This document shows, in pieces, positions 1 to 8,385 of a stretch of 64,000 bases of DNA. The DNA comes from Patescibacteria group bacterium. Its GTDB lineage: Bacteria; Patescibacteriota; Patescibacteriia; Patescibacteriales; UBA12465. The stretch lies in assembly GCA_041651355.1 (NCBI GenBank), contig JBAZJK010000001.1, positions 613,883 to 677,882 on the forward strand, in the 5' to 3' direction. The position numbers and the translations under genes are program-made. The stretch's first letter is position 1, and every line of letters starts with the position of its first letter. The notes beneath the pieces were generated by a model. The model made no database searches and had not been told where the DNA came from. It was given only the letters and a program-made list of their open reading frames with translations.

Positions 1-528
1 GCCGCTACAAAATCAGAAATCCTGATTAAAAATTGTTGGCCTAAACACATCACTAGCCTTTTAACTATTTTTGAAAAAATCGGAGTTAAATATGAAAAGG
101 GAGAAGATTGGCTAAAAATTCTAGCTAGTCAGGAGATAAAGCCTTATGATATCAAGACCCATGAATATCCAGGCTTCCCGACTGATTTGCAAGCGCCTTA
201 TGTAGTGCTGATGACGCAGGCTCAGGGCACTTCCTTGATCCAAGAAACTATTTATGACCGCCGCCTACTTTGGACGGACATGCTTTCCCAGATGGGAGCG
301 AACATCACGATGTGCGATCCGCACCGCATCGTGATTAACGGTCCAAGCCGTTTATACGGAAAGAAACTAATCAGCCCGGATATCCGAGCCGGGATCGCCC
401 TGGTAATTGCTGCTTTAATCGCTTCGGGAACGACCGAGATAGATAACATCTACCAGCTTGATCGGGGATATGAAAGATTAGATGAGCGCCTCCGCCAGCT
501 GGGAGCGGATATAAAAAGGGTGGAATAA
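1..528 (+). CDS. murA: UDP-N-acetylglucosamine 1-carboxyvinyltransferase MurA, C-terminal part (5' end outside window)
   Basis: Frame 1 is open from nt 1. The translation ...HEYPGFPTDLQAPYVVLMTQAQGTS...ISPDIRAGIALVIAALIASGTTEIDNIYQLDRGYERLDERL has the conserved MurA C-terminal domain pattern. Stop at 526-528. Confidence 0.9.
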   Translation, partial: AATKSEILIKNCWPKHITSLLTIFEKIGVKYEKGEDWLKILASQEIKPYDIKTHEYPGFPTDLQAPYVVLMTQAQGTSLIQETIYDRRLLWTDMLSQMGANITMCDPHRIVINGPSRLYGKKLISPDIRAGIALVIAALIASGTTEIDNIYQLDRGYERLDERLRQLGADIKRVE

Positions 529-530
529 TT

Positions 531-1862
531 ATGACTCACAAAACCCGCCGCTGGCTTTATCGCTTCTTCATCCTGCTATTTATCATCCTGACAAGCTATA
601 CTTCCCTCTACGCCACCGGCTACCAACTTAATCTCCGAGGTCCTTGGCGCTTAAAGCGCTTAATCGTCAAAACCGGGACCCTAGCTATCAATTCCCAACC
701 CAGCGGGGCTAGCATTTATATTAATGACAAAAAACAATCAGATTTCTCTTGGAAAAATTTCAATGGCAAAACCTTAGCTACGCCCGCTAAAATAAAAAGC
801 TTGGCTCCGGGAGAATATGAAATCCGCCTGGAGAAAGATGGCTACTGGCCCTGGGAAAAACGTTTGAATATAAATGCCGAACAAACGACCTACGCTGAAG
901 ACATTAATCTCTTCAAGAAAGATTCGATTCTAAATATCTTGGAATGTGGCTGCCAAGAAATAGATTTAAACCCGAACCAGCGCTACCTGCTCTTGAAACA
1001 AGGGAAAAAAATCATCGATCTCCGGAATAACCGGGATTTTAAATTAGATATCAAAGAAGAAATAACTAGTTACCAATGGTTAAAAGACAGCGATCGGGTA
1101 TTAATCAATAATCGCTTGTTCGACCTAAGCACTAATAGCTGGACGGATTACCAAGAAATTATCGGTCCGGAAATCAAGAACCTATTCTATGATGAAACCA
1201 GTAACCGTCTGTACTACCAATACAAAGATTCCTTGAATTACTTTGAAAATAACAAAAAAATCAGCCAGAACCTAATAGACAAAAAGGATTACTCAAGCTT
1301 TTATCTCAAGGATGACCGCCTATTCTTATTAAGAAAAAAAGGGCAAACCCAGGTACTAGAATCATACAACTTAAAAAGTCATGCCCTTAAAGAATTATCC
1401 TTACCCGCTGGTGGCAATTATAGCTTCCATCTCGGTGATTCCGCCTGGCTGGAAATATTCGAAGAGAAAAGCCGCTCCCTTTTCCTAGTCGATCCAGAAT
1501 TTTTCATGTTGCCGCGAGAAGGCTTGAAAAATTTCCGGGGCGGCCTGTGGCTACAAGCTGACAAACTACTCTATCACACTGATTTTGAAATATATCTCTT
1601 CGATCTAAAACAGAACACTAAGACCTTAATGGATCGGGTCGGATATCCGATCAAGGACCTCGTCTGGCAAGCCAAAAATAACTATCTGATTTATGCGACG
1701 AGCGAAAGCATCAACAGCCTAGACTTAAGCAACCATAACAGCACCCGGCTGTTGGCGGCAGAAAATATTTCCTCAATCTTCTTGGATAGTAAAAATAATA
1801 CTCTCTATTTCACGGCGACTATCAACCAGAAAAGCGGTCTATACAAGATGATTGTCCAATAA
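531..1862 (+). CDS. N-terminally membrane-anchored PEGA-domain protein with repeat-rich (beta-propeller-like) C-terminal region
   Basis: One TM helix (WLYRFFILLFIILTSY). PEGA-like segment GTLAINSQPSGASIYINDKK...GEYEIRLEKDGYWPWEKRLNI. The ATG lies 3 nt after the murA stop. Confidence 0.55.
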   Translation: MTHKTRRWLYRFFILLFIILTSYTSLYATGYQLNLRGPWRLKRLIVKTGTLAINSQPSGASIYINDKKQSDFSWKNFNGKTLATPAKIKSLAPGEYEIRLEKDGYWPWEKRLNINAEQTTYAEDINLFKKDSILNILECGCQEIDLNPNQRYLLLKQGKKIIDLRNNRDFKLDIKEEITSYQWLKDSDRVLINNRLFDLSTNSWTDYQEIIGPEIKNLFYDETSNRLYYQYKDSLNYFENNKKISQNLIDKKDYSSFYLKDDRLFLLRKKGQTQVLESYNLKSHALKELSLPAGGNYSFHLGDSAWLEIFEEKSRSLFLVDPEFFMLPREGLKNFRGGLWLQADKLLYHTDFEIYLFDLKQNTKTLMDRVGYPIKDLVWQAKNNYLIYATSESINSLDLSNHNSTRLLAAENISSIFLDSKNNTLYFTATINQKSGLYKMIVQ

Positions 1863-1880
1863 AAACCAAAACGATTACAA

Positions 1881-1904
1881 AAATACGCCCGATTGGGCGT
1901 ATTT
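1881..1904. terminator. Bidirectional intrinsic terminator between convergent genes
   Basis: Hairpin aaatacgccc-gatt-gggcgtattt, with an A-run upstream and a T-run downstream. Confidence 0.7.
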
Positions 1905-1923
1905 TTTATTGACTACTGCCATC

Positions 1924-2805
1924 TTATTTGAAATCTTTCTTATTCAAATCCCGGATGAGCTTTTTCAGATCGCGGCCGATTTCTTTATCTTTCAAACCCA
2001 GCTTGATTGAAGCCTTGAGATAATTAAATTTGTTGCCAGTGTCCAGCCACTCCCCCTCTATGTTCTTTCCATAGATTGGCCTTTTCCCTTCCAACATCAA
2101 ATCGAAAGCGTCGGCCAAGCGAATTTCGCCTGACTTGCCAGAATCCATCTTGGCTAAGACTTTGATTACTTCCGGAGTAATGACATAGATACCAACGGCG
2201 GCTAGATTAGACGGGGCCTTATCTACCGGCGGCTTTTCCACGAAGCGCCTGATTTCGTAAACGCCGCCACCCAGGTTCAAGCCGTCGATGACGCCGAACT
2301 TATCAACTTCTTTCTTGCCAACCGCTGATAGGCCGACAACCGAATCGCCATATTTTTCATAAACATCCAAAACCTGCTTAACCGGAGAAATTTTTGCGTC
2401 ATACAAGGTATCGCCGAACATGATCAAGACCGGTTCATCATCCCGCACTAAGTGGGCGGCGCATTTGATGGCGTGCCCATCCCCTAAGGGAATCGCTTGG
2501 CGGACATAGGAAAATTTAGCCAAGCTATCTATTTCTTTCACCTTCTCGAGCAGATCCAATTTGTTCTTCTCTACCAAAGTCTTTTCTAGCTCGAATGAAT
2601 AATCAAAGTGATCCTCAATCGCCCTTTTCCCCCGGCCGGTCACGAAAATTATTTCCTCGATACCGGCAGCCACGGCTTGTTCCACCAGATATTGTATAAC
2701 CGGCTTATCAACTACCGGCAGCATTTCTTTAGGCTGAGCCTTAGTGGCTGGCAAGAAACGGGTGCCGAAACCGGCGACGGGTAAAATTGCTTTTTTAATT
2801 TTCAT
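1924..2805 (-). CDS. galU: UTP--glucose-1-phosphate uridylyltransferase
   Basis: N-terminus KAILPVAGFGTRFLPATKAQPKEMLPVVDKPVIQY plus the VEKP motif, which is the typical GalU signature. Confidence 0.9.
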   Translation of the reverse strand: MKIKKAILPVAGFGTRFLPATKAQPKEMLPVVDKPVIQYLVEQAVAAGIEEIIFVTGRGKRAIEDHFDYSFELEKTLVEKNKLDLLEKVKEIDSLAKFSYVRQAIPLGDGHAIKCAAHLVRDDEPVLIMFGDTLYDAKISPVKQVLDVYEKYGDSVVGLSAVGKKEVDKFGVIDGLNLGGGVYEIRRFVEKPPVDKAPSNLAAVGIYVITPEVIKVLAKMDSGKSGEIRLADAFDLMLEGKRPIYGKNIEGEWLDTGNKFNYLKASIKLGLKDKEIGRDLKKLIRDLNKKDFK

Positions 2806-2817
2806 AAAAATAAATTA

Positions 2818-3588
2818 TTATATTTTGCTTTTAAGTCCCCATTTCAAAAAGTATTTCCACCAGGAAAGAATGTGGAGCCAGGCCAGACGACTCTTGAAGA
2901 TTGCCTGGTACCAAGGAAGCTCCGCACTAGCCCGTTGATGATCATGAACAACGACCGCTTCTGGGTTATAAATGACTTTCAAGCCGCGACTTCTCACTTG
3001 ACGGGCTAAATCAGTGTCTTCAAAATACATGAAATAACGTTCATCAAATCTCAGGTCTCTTTTAAACATCAGACAAGACCCCATCAACCAATCAACTTCG
3101 CTGATCAGATCGTGATTAAAATCAAGCATCATGAAAGAATCCCGGACCTGTCGAAAATAATCCCCCAAGAAAGTGCGGCGCAAGATCGGGATCCAAAAAC
3201 CTGGAAAACGGGAACAAGAATATTGCAAAGAGCCGTCGGGATATACTAGTTTCGGACCGACTAAGCCGACTTCAGGGTGTTGCTTGATATAATTATACAA
3301 TATTTTTAGAGAATCGGCTTTAACTAAAGTATCAGGATTCATGATGGCGACATATTCCCCTTGCGATTGGCTAATACCCAAGTTGTTTCCGCCACCCATA
3401 CCCAGGTTGCGGGGACTTTTGATGACTTTTGCTAGCGCCTCTAAATCTCCCAGGTCGTCTCCGGAATTATTTTCTACAACAATAATTTCGGATTGGATGC
3501 CTGAAAAATCAGCCGCCCGCAAAGAGGCTAACAAACGCCGCAATTTATCCTGGCTTTTATAGTTCACAATTACGATCGATAGGTCCAT
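2818..3588 (-). CDS. Family 2 glycosyltransferase
   Basis: LSIVIVNYKSQDKL...IIVVENNSGDD...NLGMGGGNNLG...FMYFEDTDL is a GT2 (GT-A fold) motif series. Confidence 0.8.
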   Translation of the reverse strand: MDLSIVIVNYKSQDKLRRLLASLRAADFSGIQSEIIVVENNSGDDLGDLEALAKVIKSPRNLGMGGGNNLGISQSQGEYVAIMNPDTLVKADSLKILYNYIKQHPEVGLVGPKLVYPDGSLQYSCSRFPGFWIPILRRTFLGDYFRQVRDSFMMLDFNHDLISEVDWLMGSCLMFKRDLRFDERYFMYFEDTDLARQVRSRGLKVIYNPEAVVVHDHQRASAELPWYQAIFKSRLAWLHILSWWKYFLKWGLKSKI

Positions 3589-3589
3589 A

Positions 3590-4672
3590 CTAGATGATTA
3601 GTTTAACTAAACGCCAATACAGGCCCAATATCGGGTTGGCTATATAGCGCAGCAAAGGATTATTAATTTCTTGAAAATTAATCTGGCCGACGAAATCTTT
3701 AGCTATTTCTTTAAAGGGTACTACCTGGAATGATCTTATGTTCCGCCTCTCTTGAAAAATCAAACGATAGGTTCCCGGCCTGAGATAATAACGGTAAGCC
3801 TTGCTTAAATCTGGAAACCAGCCGCCGACCAAAGCATAAAAGATCATGCCAAGATTCATCAAGAAAAGAGGCAAGGACAATAAGATGATTAAAGCCCAAG
3901 GATAAAAAGAAAGTACAAAAAGGCAGCGATTCCTTTCCATATAATAAACCATCTTGATACTGCGCTTGAATTCATACTTATGATAAATGCGGGCAAGAGG
4001 CGCTAATACAATCTTATAACCGGCTAATCTAGCTTTTAATCCTAATTCCAAATCATCATGGTACATGTAGTACTCTTCATTATAGCCCTTGATCTTAGCG
4101 ATCAATTCTTTCTTCATCATCAAAGCGCAGCCGCTGGCATAGCCCTTAATCTCTGGATAAGGAGCGGATTCCAAAAATTGCCTAAAAGCTTCTTCTCTCT
4201 GGCCATAGCCGCGGGTAAAGCCGAAGCCCAAAAAATGAACCAGGTTACCGATGCTATTTAAAAGCGAAGCGGACTTATCCTGATTTGCCTCATGGAGAAG
4301 AATCTTAGCCTGGACAATCCCTATCTGGGAATCGCTGCCCAAGGCGGTGGCCATCTCAAACAGGCAATCCGGATCCAACTCCGTATCCATGTTAAGGATT
4401 GTCACATAATCGCAAGCGTCAGCGAGCGCCATCTTAATGCCTAAATTATTGGCGGCAGCATAGTTGCCATCCGGCCGAGGAAAAATATTAATGTCAGGAT
4501 AATTTTTTTTCAAAAAAGCTAAAGATTCCGGGCTAGAGGCGTTATCAACGATATAAACCCGATAAGAAAAATTTCCAAGCCTCTGTTTTTGCAGGCTGGC
4601 AAAACAAGCCTCTAAATACTTAGCGGCGTAATCTTTATAATTTATCAGGATGACTCCGATTAACTTAGACAT
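3590..4672 (-). CDS. Family 2 glycosyltransferase with C-terminal membrane segment
   Basis: IGVILINYKD...VYIVDNASS...YYMYHDDLELG GT2 motifs, followed by hydrophobic helices (FYPWALIILLSLPLFLMNLGMIFYALVGGW). Confidence 0.75.
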   Translation of the reverse strand: MSKLIGVILINYKDYAAKYLEACFASLQKQRLGNFSYRVYIVDNASSPESLAFLKKNYPDINIFPRPDGNYAAANNLGIKMALADACDYVTILNMDTELDPDCLFEMATALGSDSQIGIVQAKILLHEANQDKSASLLNSIGNLVHFLGFGFTRGYGQREEAFRQFLESAPYPEIKGYASGCALMMKKELIAKIKGYNEEYYMYHDDLELGLKARLAGYKIVLAPLARIYHKYEFKRSIKMVYYMERNRCLFVLSFYPWALIILLSLPLFLMNLGMIFYALVGGWFPDLSKAYRYYLRPGTYRLIFQERRNIRSFQVVPFKEIAKDFVGQINFQEINNPLLRYIANPILGLYWRLVKLII

Positions 4673-4686
4673 GTAAAAAAGTAAAT

Positions 4687-5556
4687 TTATTTAGCTAGGA
4701 TCTTTTTGCCAACAGTGTATAGTTTGGCTAGAAAGCTTCCTAGAGGCCACAGACATGACAAGACCCGATATTGCCAAGCTGGCTCCCATTTCTGGAAATA
4801 GGCAAGCATAGAAGATTGAAAATATGATTGCGTCCGTCCAATCCCGATTTGCTTGAAGCTTTGCCCGACCAGATCAAGAGCGGTTGCCTCAGGATTATAC
4901 CAAACCTCGCCCCCTAATTTATAAACCTGGCGGCAAAAATCAACCTCTTCAAACCAGACAAAATATCTTTCATCTAATAAAGGTTTGTCTTGGCCGCTGA
5001 TTGCCTGATAAGCTAGACGATCGATTAAGAAAAAAGAACCGCGGATAGAAGCGACTTTAGACGCCTGAGAATAATCAAAATTTTTCTGCAGATATTTAGA
5101 CAAGAGGCCTGGAAATAAGTGGGGTAGCTTCAAAATCACTAAAGCTTGATCCCAAAAAGTGGGAAAATTTCGAACTTGAGGTAAAACCTTCCCCTCCCTA
5201 TCTAAGAGACGGGCGCCGGCTACCACTGCGGACTTTTTGTTAGCCATAAAATCCAGCATCTTCTCCAAAGTATCGGTTTGCAAGCGCATATCCGGATTGA
5301 GCAAGAGGATAAAGCGCCCCTGAGCTTGTCTGATAGCAATATTGTTGGCCTTAGCAAAACCGAGGTTGGAATCGTTAGCGATCAGTTTAACCCCTGGGAA
5401 AAACTCTTTAAGCATTTCCTGGCTGCCGTCCTCAGAAGCATTATCGACGACAAAAACCTCCCAAGAAAATTTAACTTGGGAAGCATATAAAGCTTTCAGG
5501 TTTTCCCGTAACTGCTCTTTAACATTCCAAGAGACGATGACGACTGATATATCCAT
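4687..5556 (-). CDS. Family 2 glycosyltransferase
   Basis: ISVVIVSWNVKEQL...VFVVDNASEDGS...NLGFAKANN...FVWFEEVDF GT2 motifs. Confidence 0.8.
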   Translation of the reverse strand: MDISVVIVSWNVKEQLRENLKALYASQVKFSWEVFVVDNASEDGSQEMLKEFFPGVKLIANDSNLGFAKANNIAIRQAQGRFILLLNPDMRLQTDTLEKMLDFMANKKSAVVAGARLLDREGKVLPQVRNFPTFWDQALVILKLPHLFPGLLSKYLQKNFDYSQASKVASIRGSFFLIDRLAYQAISGQDKPLLDERYFVWFEEVDFCRQVYKLGGEVWYNPEATALDLVGQSFKQIGIGRTQSYFQSSMLAYFQKWEPAWQYRVLSCLWPLGSFLAKLYTVGKKILAK

Positions 5557-5557
5557 A

Positions 5558-5824
5558 TTACTGTAAAATCTTAACCAGCTTCAAAGCTTCGCCGGCACCA
5601 GCCAAGATCTTAATGTTAGACTTATCAACCTCGAATTCTTCGGCTAGGAAGCGGATCAATTCCAGGTTGGCCCGCCCGCGTTGGGGTGGGGCGGCGATGG
5701 CTATTTTCAAGGTGTCATCTACCATAAGCTGCTGAACCCCGGAAAATGGAGCCCGCGGACTGACTTTTATCCTTAAATATAGCTCTTTTTTTGCAGAGAG
5801 CTGTTGTTTAAACTTTTCTAGCAT
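5558..5824 (-). CDS. DUF167 (YggU-like) small protein
   Basis: LRIKVSPRAP...LKIAIAAPPQRGRANLELIRFLAEEFEV...IKILAGAGEALKLVKI matches the DUF167/UPF0235 pattern. Confidence 0.7.
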   Translation of the reverse strand: MLEKFKQQLSAKKELYLRIKVSPRAPFSGVQQLMVDDTLKIAIAAPPQRGRANLELIRFLAEEFEVDKSNIKILAGAGEALKLVKILQ

Positions 5825-5972
5825 TTTATCGCTTTTTATGTCTATATCTTAGCATTTTCCGGCCAAAAATCAAGCAAAAACAACAAGATAAATGATTTTA
5901 GTCAATCTTTATTTTCTTTTAATAATATATTAAAATAAAGAAGCTTATCTAGGCTCTAAATATATAAAACAT

Positions 5973-6467
5973 ATGAGCGAAAACAACGGATATAAACGCC
6001 CATCTTGGGATGAATATTTCATCCAGATAATGAATATGGTTGGCAGCCGCGGTACCTGTGATCGGGGCCGTAGCGGCTGTGTCATCACCAAAGATAAACG
6101 ATTGATTGCCTCTGGTTACGTCGGCTCCCCGATCGGCTGCCCTCACTGCGATGAAGAAGGGCATGAAATGCATACTGTCATCCATGAAGACGGTCATGAA
6201 AGCCGACATTGTATCCGGACCGCCCACGCCGAACAGAATGCTATCTGTGAGGCCGCTCGTATGGGCATCTCCCTGGAAGGCGCCACTTTGTATTGCAAGA
6301 TGACTCCCTGCTATACCTGTGCCAAGATGATAATCAATGCCGGCATCAAGCGGGTCGTCGCTGAACAAGACTATCATGCCGGAAATCGCAGTAAAGAAAT
6401 ATTTAAAGAGGCTGGCGTTGTCTATGAACTGCTCAATAGCACCGTCACTAAATATGAAGACCAATAA
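5973..6467 (+). CDS. dCMP deaminase (ComEB/Dcd-type cytidine/deoxycytidylate deaminase)
   Basis: Zinc motifs HAEQNAI and PCYTCAKMIINAGIKRVV. N-terminus PSWDEYFIQIMNMVGSRGTC is typical of dCMP deaminases. Confidence 0.85.
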   Translation: MSENNGYKRPSWDEYFIQIMNMVGSRGTCDRGRSGCVITKDKRLIASGYVGSPIGCPHCDEEGHEMHTVIHEDGHESRHCIRTAHAEQNAICEAARMGISLEGATLYCKMTPCYTCAKMIINAGIKRVVAEQDYHAGNRSKEIFKEAGVVYELLNSTVTKYEDQ

Positions 6468-6478
6468 AAACTAAAACT

Positions 6479-7768
6479 ATGGCGAACATTTTCATTTACG
6501 ACGAATTCAATCCCGAAGATAGCGCGATGATGCAAGCGCTCTATTCCCGTAGCCCTAAAAGCGTAACCGAGCATGTCGAGAAAGTAAAAAGCAGTGGCTC
6601 AGGCAAATTCATGGAAACCTTCTACGTCGGCTATGGCCACGCCTCGATTGCCGATTGCGGTAGTACAACCATGTTCATCGAGGGCGTCAGCATGCTAGCT
6701 GATAAAGCTATCCAGGATTGGCAACTATACAGCGGCCAAGAAACCAGCACGCGTTATATAGATATGTCCAAACAAGCGATCATCGACCCTATCGCTAGCC
6801 CGGAATCAGCGGCCATTTTAAAAAACTGGATGGACTTTTATATCAGCAATCAAGAAAAAATACAAGCCTATTTACAAACTAAATATCCGAAAAAAGCTGA
6901 TGAAGATGAAGCGGTTTATCTAAAAGCTATCAAAGCCCGCGGCTTCGACATCATGCGCGGCTTCCTGCCAGCCGGGATTACTACCCAGCTTAGTTGGCAC
7001 ACGAATCTTCGCCAGGCCTGGGACAAGTTAGCCCTGCTCTTGCACCACCCCCTGGAAGAAGTCCGGACGATTGCTCAAGAAATCTATCGTCAGCTAAAAG
7101 AGAAATACCCGCACAGCTTCTCTCACCCTTATAACGAAGACCAGGAAAAATATCGGGAAAACATGATGGCCAAATATAATTACTATCACTCAACTAATGC
7201 GACTGATTTCGCTTTCTTGACCACGATTAAAAATGAAGAGATCAGCGACTACCAAGATGCCTTTGACTCCCGTCCGCCAAAAACCAGCCTGCCTAATTTC
7301 TTAAATGACCTTGGTACTTGCACTTTTAAATTCTTGCTTGACTTCGGCTCTTTCCGAGACATCCAAAGACATCGCAGCGGCATCTGCCGCATGCCCCTTC
7401 TTAGCACCGAGCTCGGTTTCAACCCCTGGTATTTAGAGCAATTACCTGAAAATTTAAAGCTAGAGGCAGAAAAACTAATTGCTACCCAAAAAGAAGCTAT
7501 CGCTAAATTGGACGCCAGTCCAGAAATCAAGCAATATTACATCGGCATGGGCTTCAACGTCTTCTGTCGTAATACCTACCCCCTGGCGGCAACAGCTTAT
7601 GTCGTCGAACTTAGGTCGGGCAAGGCTGTCCATCCGACCTTACGCCGCGTCGCGCATAAGATGGCGGCGGCGATTAGCAGCTCCCTGCCTAATTTCAAAT
7701 TGTACTGCGATTTAGATCTGGATGACTGGGACATCCGTCGCGGCCTAGCGGATATCGTTAAAAAATAA
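6479..7768 (+). CDS. thyX: ThyX-like FAD-dependent thymidylate synthase, double-length (apparent tandem ThyX fold)
   Basis: The N-half has a ThyX-like block FIEGVSMLADKAIQDWQLYSGQETSTRY (the S-x-RY part of the signature, but no RHR). The C-half has FRDIQRHRSG and ELRSGKAVHPTLRRVAHKM. It lies between dCMP deaminase and tmk-dut. Confidence 0.6.
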   Translation: MANIFIYDEFNPEDSAMMQALYSRSPKSVTEHVEKVKSSGSGKFMETFYVGYGHASIADCGSTTMFIEGVSMLADKAIQDWQLYSGQETSTRYIDMSKQAIIDPIASPESAAILKNWMDFYISNQEKIQAYLQTKYPKKADEDEAVYLKAIKARGFDIMRGFLPAGITTQLSWHTNLRQAWDKLALLLHHPLEEVRTIAQEIYRQLKEKYPHSFSHPYNEDQEKYRENMMAKYNYYHSTNATDFAFLTTIKNEEISDYQDAFDSRPPKTSLPNFLNDLGTCTFKFLLDFGSFRDIQRHRSGICRMPLLSTELGFNPWYLEQLPENLKLEAEKLIATQKEAIAKLDASPEIKQYYIGMGFNVFCRNTYPLAATAYVVELRSGKAVHPTLRRVAHKMAAAISSSLPNFKLYCDLDLDDWDIRRGLADIVKK

Positions 7769-7770
7769 TT

Positions 7771-8328
7771 ATGTCCAAAATCATCCTCGGCTTCGCCGGC
7801 CCTCTGGCTAGTGGTAAAGAAGTCGCTAAAAAATATTTAGAGACCGAACATCAGGCTAGCGTCCATCGCTTCTCTGCGATGCTTCGCGATATCTTAAACC
7901 GTCTCTACTTACCGATTAGCCGGGAGAACATGCAAAACTTATCTTTTGATTTACGCCAACGCTTCGGCGAAGACACCTTGGCCCGCGTCATCGCTGAAGA
8001 CGTAAAAAATGACCCCCATGGCATAATCGTCATCGACGGTGTCAGACGCCTGGATGATATCGCCAGCCTAAAAGATGTCCCCGGCTTCTCTCTGATCAGT
8101 ATCGATGCCGATCCTAAAATCCGCTACGAACGGATGAAATGCCGTAATGAAAATAAAGGCGATGCCGATAAAAGCTATGATGATTTTTTGGCGGACGGCC
8201 AACGTGAAGCTGAACTGCAGATACCCGAAGTGATGGCCACCGCTAAATTCCATATTGATAACAACGGCGACCTGCCAAATCTATACCAGCAGATAGAAAC
8301 GATATTGGACGCCTTAGGTAAACAATAA
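7771..8328 (+). CDS. P-loop nucleotide/nucleoside-monophosphate kinase-like protein (UPF0200 / dephospho-CoA-kinase-like)
   Basis: Walker A GPLASGKE; IVIDGVRRLDDI...LISIDADPKIRYERMKCR pattern. The start overlaps the thyX-like stop region. Confidence 0.5.
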   Translation: MSKIILGFAGPLASGKEVAKKYLETEHQASVHRFSAMLRDILNRLYLPISRENMQNLSFDLRQRFGEDTLARVIAEDVKNDPHGIIVIDGVRRLDDIASLKDVPGFSLISIDADPKIRYERMKCRNENKGDADKSYDDFLADGQREAELQIPEVMATAKFHIDNNGDLPNLYQQIETILDALGKQ

Positions 8329-8385
8329 ATTTATTTAATAAGGAGGAGCGCGATTTTAAAACGCTTCTTTTATTATCTTAAAAAT

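Noticed and set aside
5949-6464. 171-aa minus-strand ORF covering the dCMP deaminase gene
   Set aside because: It is fully antisense to a CDS with clear zinc-deaminase motifs. It is low-complexity with no motifs, so it is a shadow ORF.
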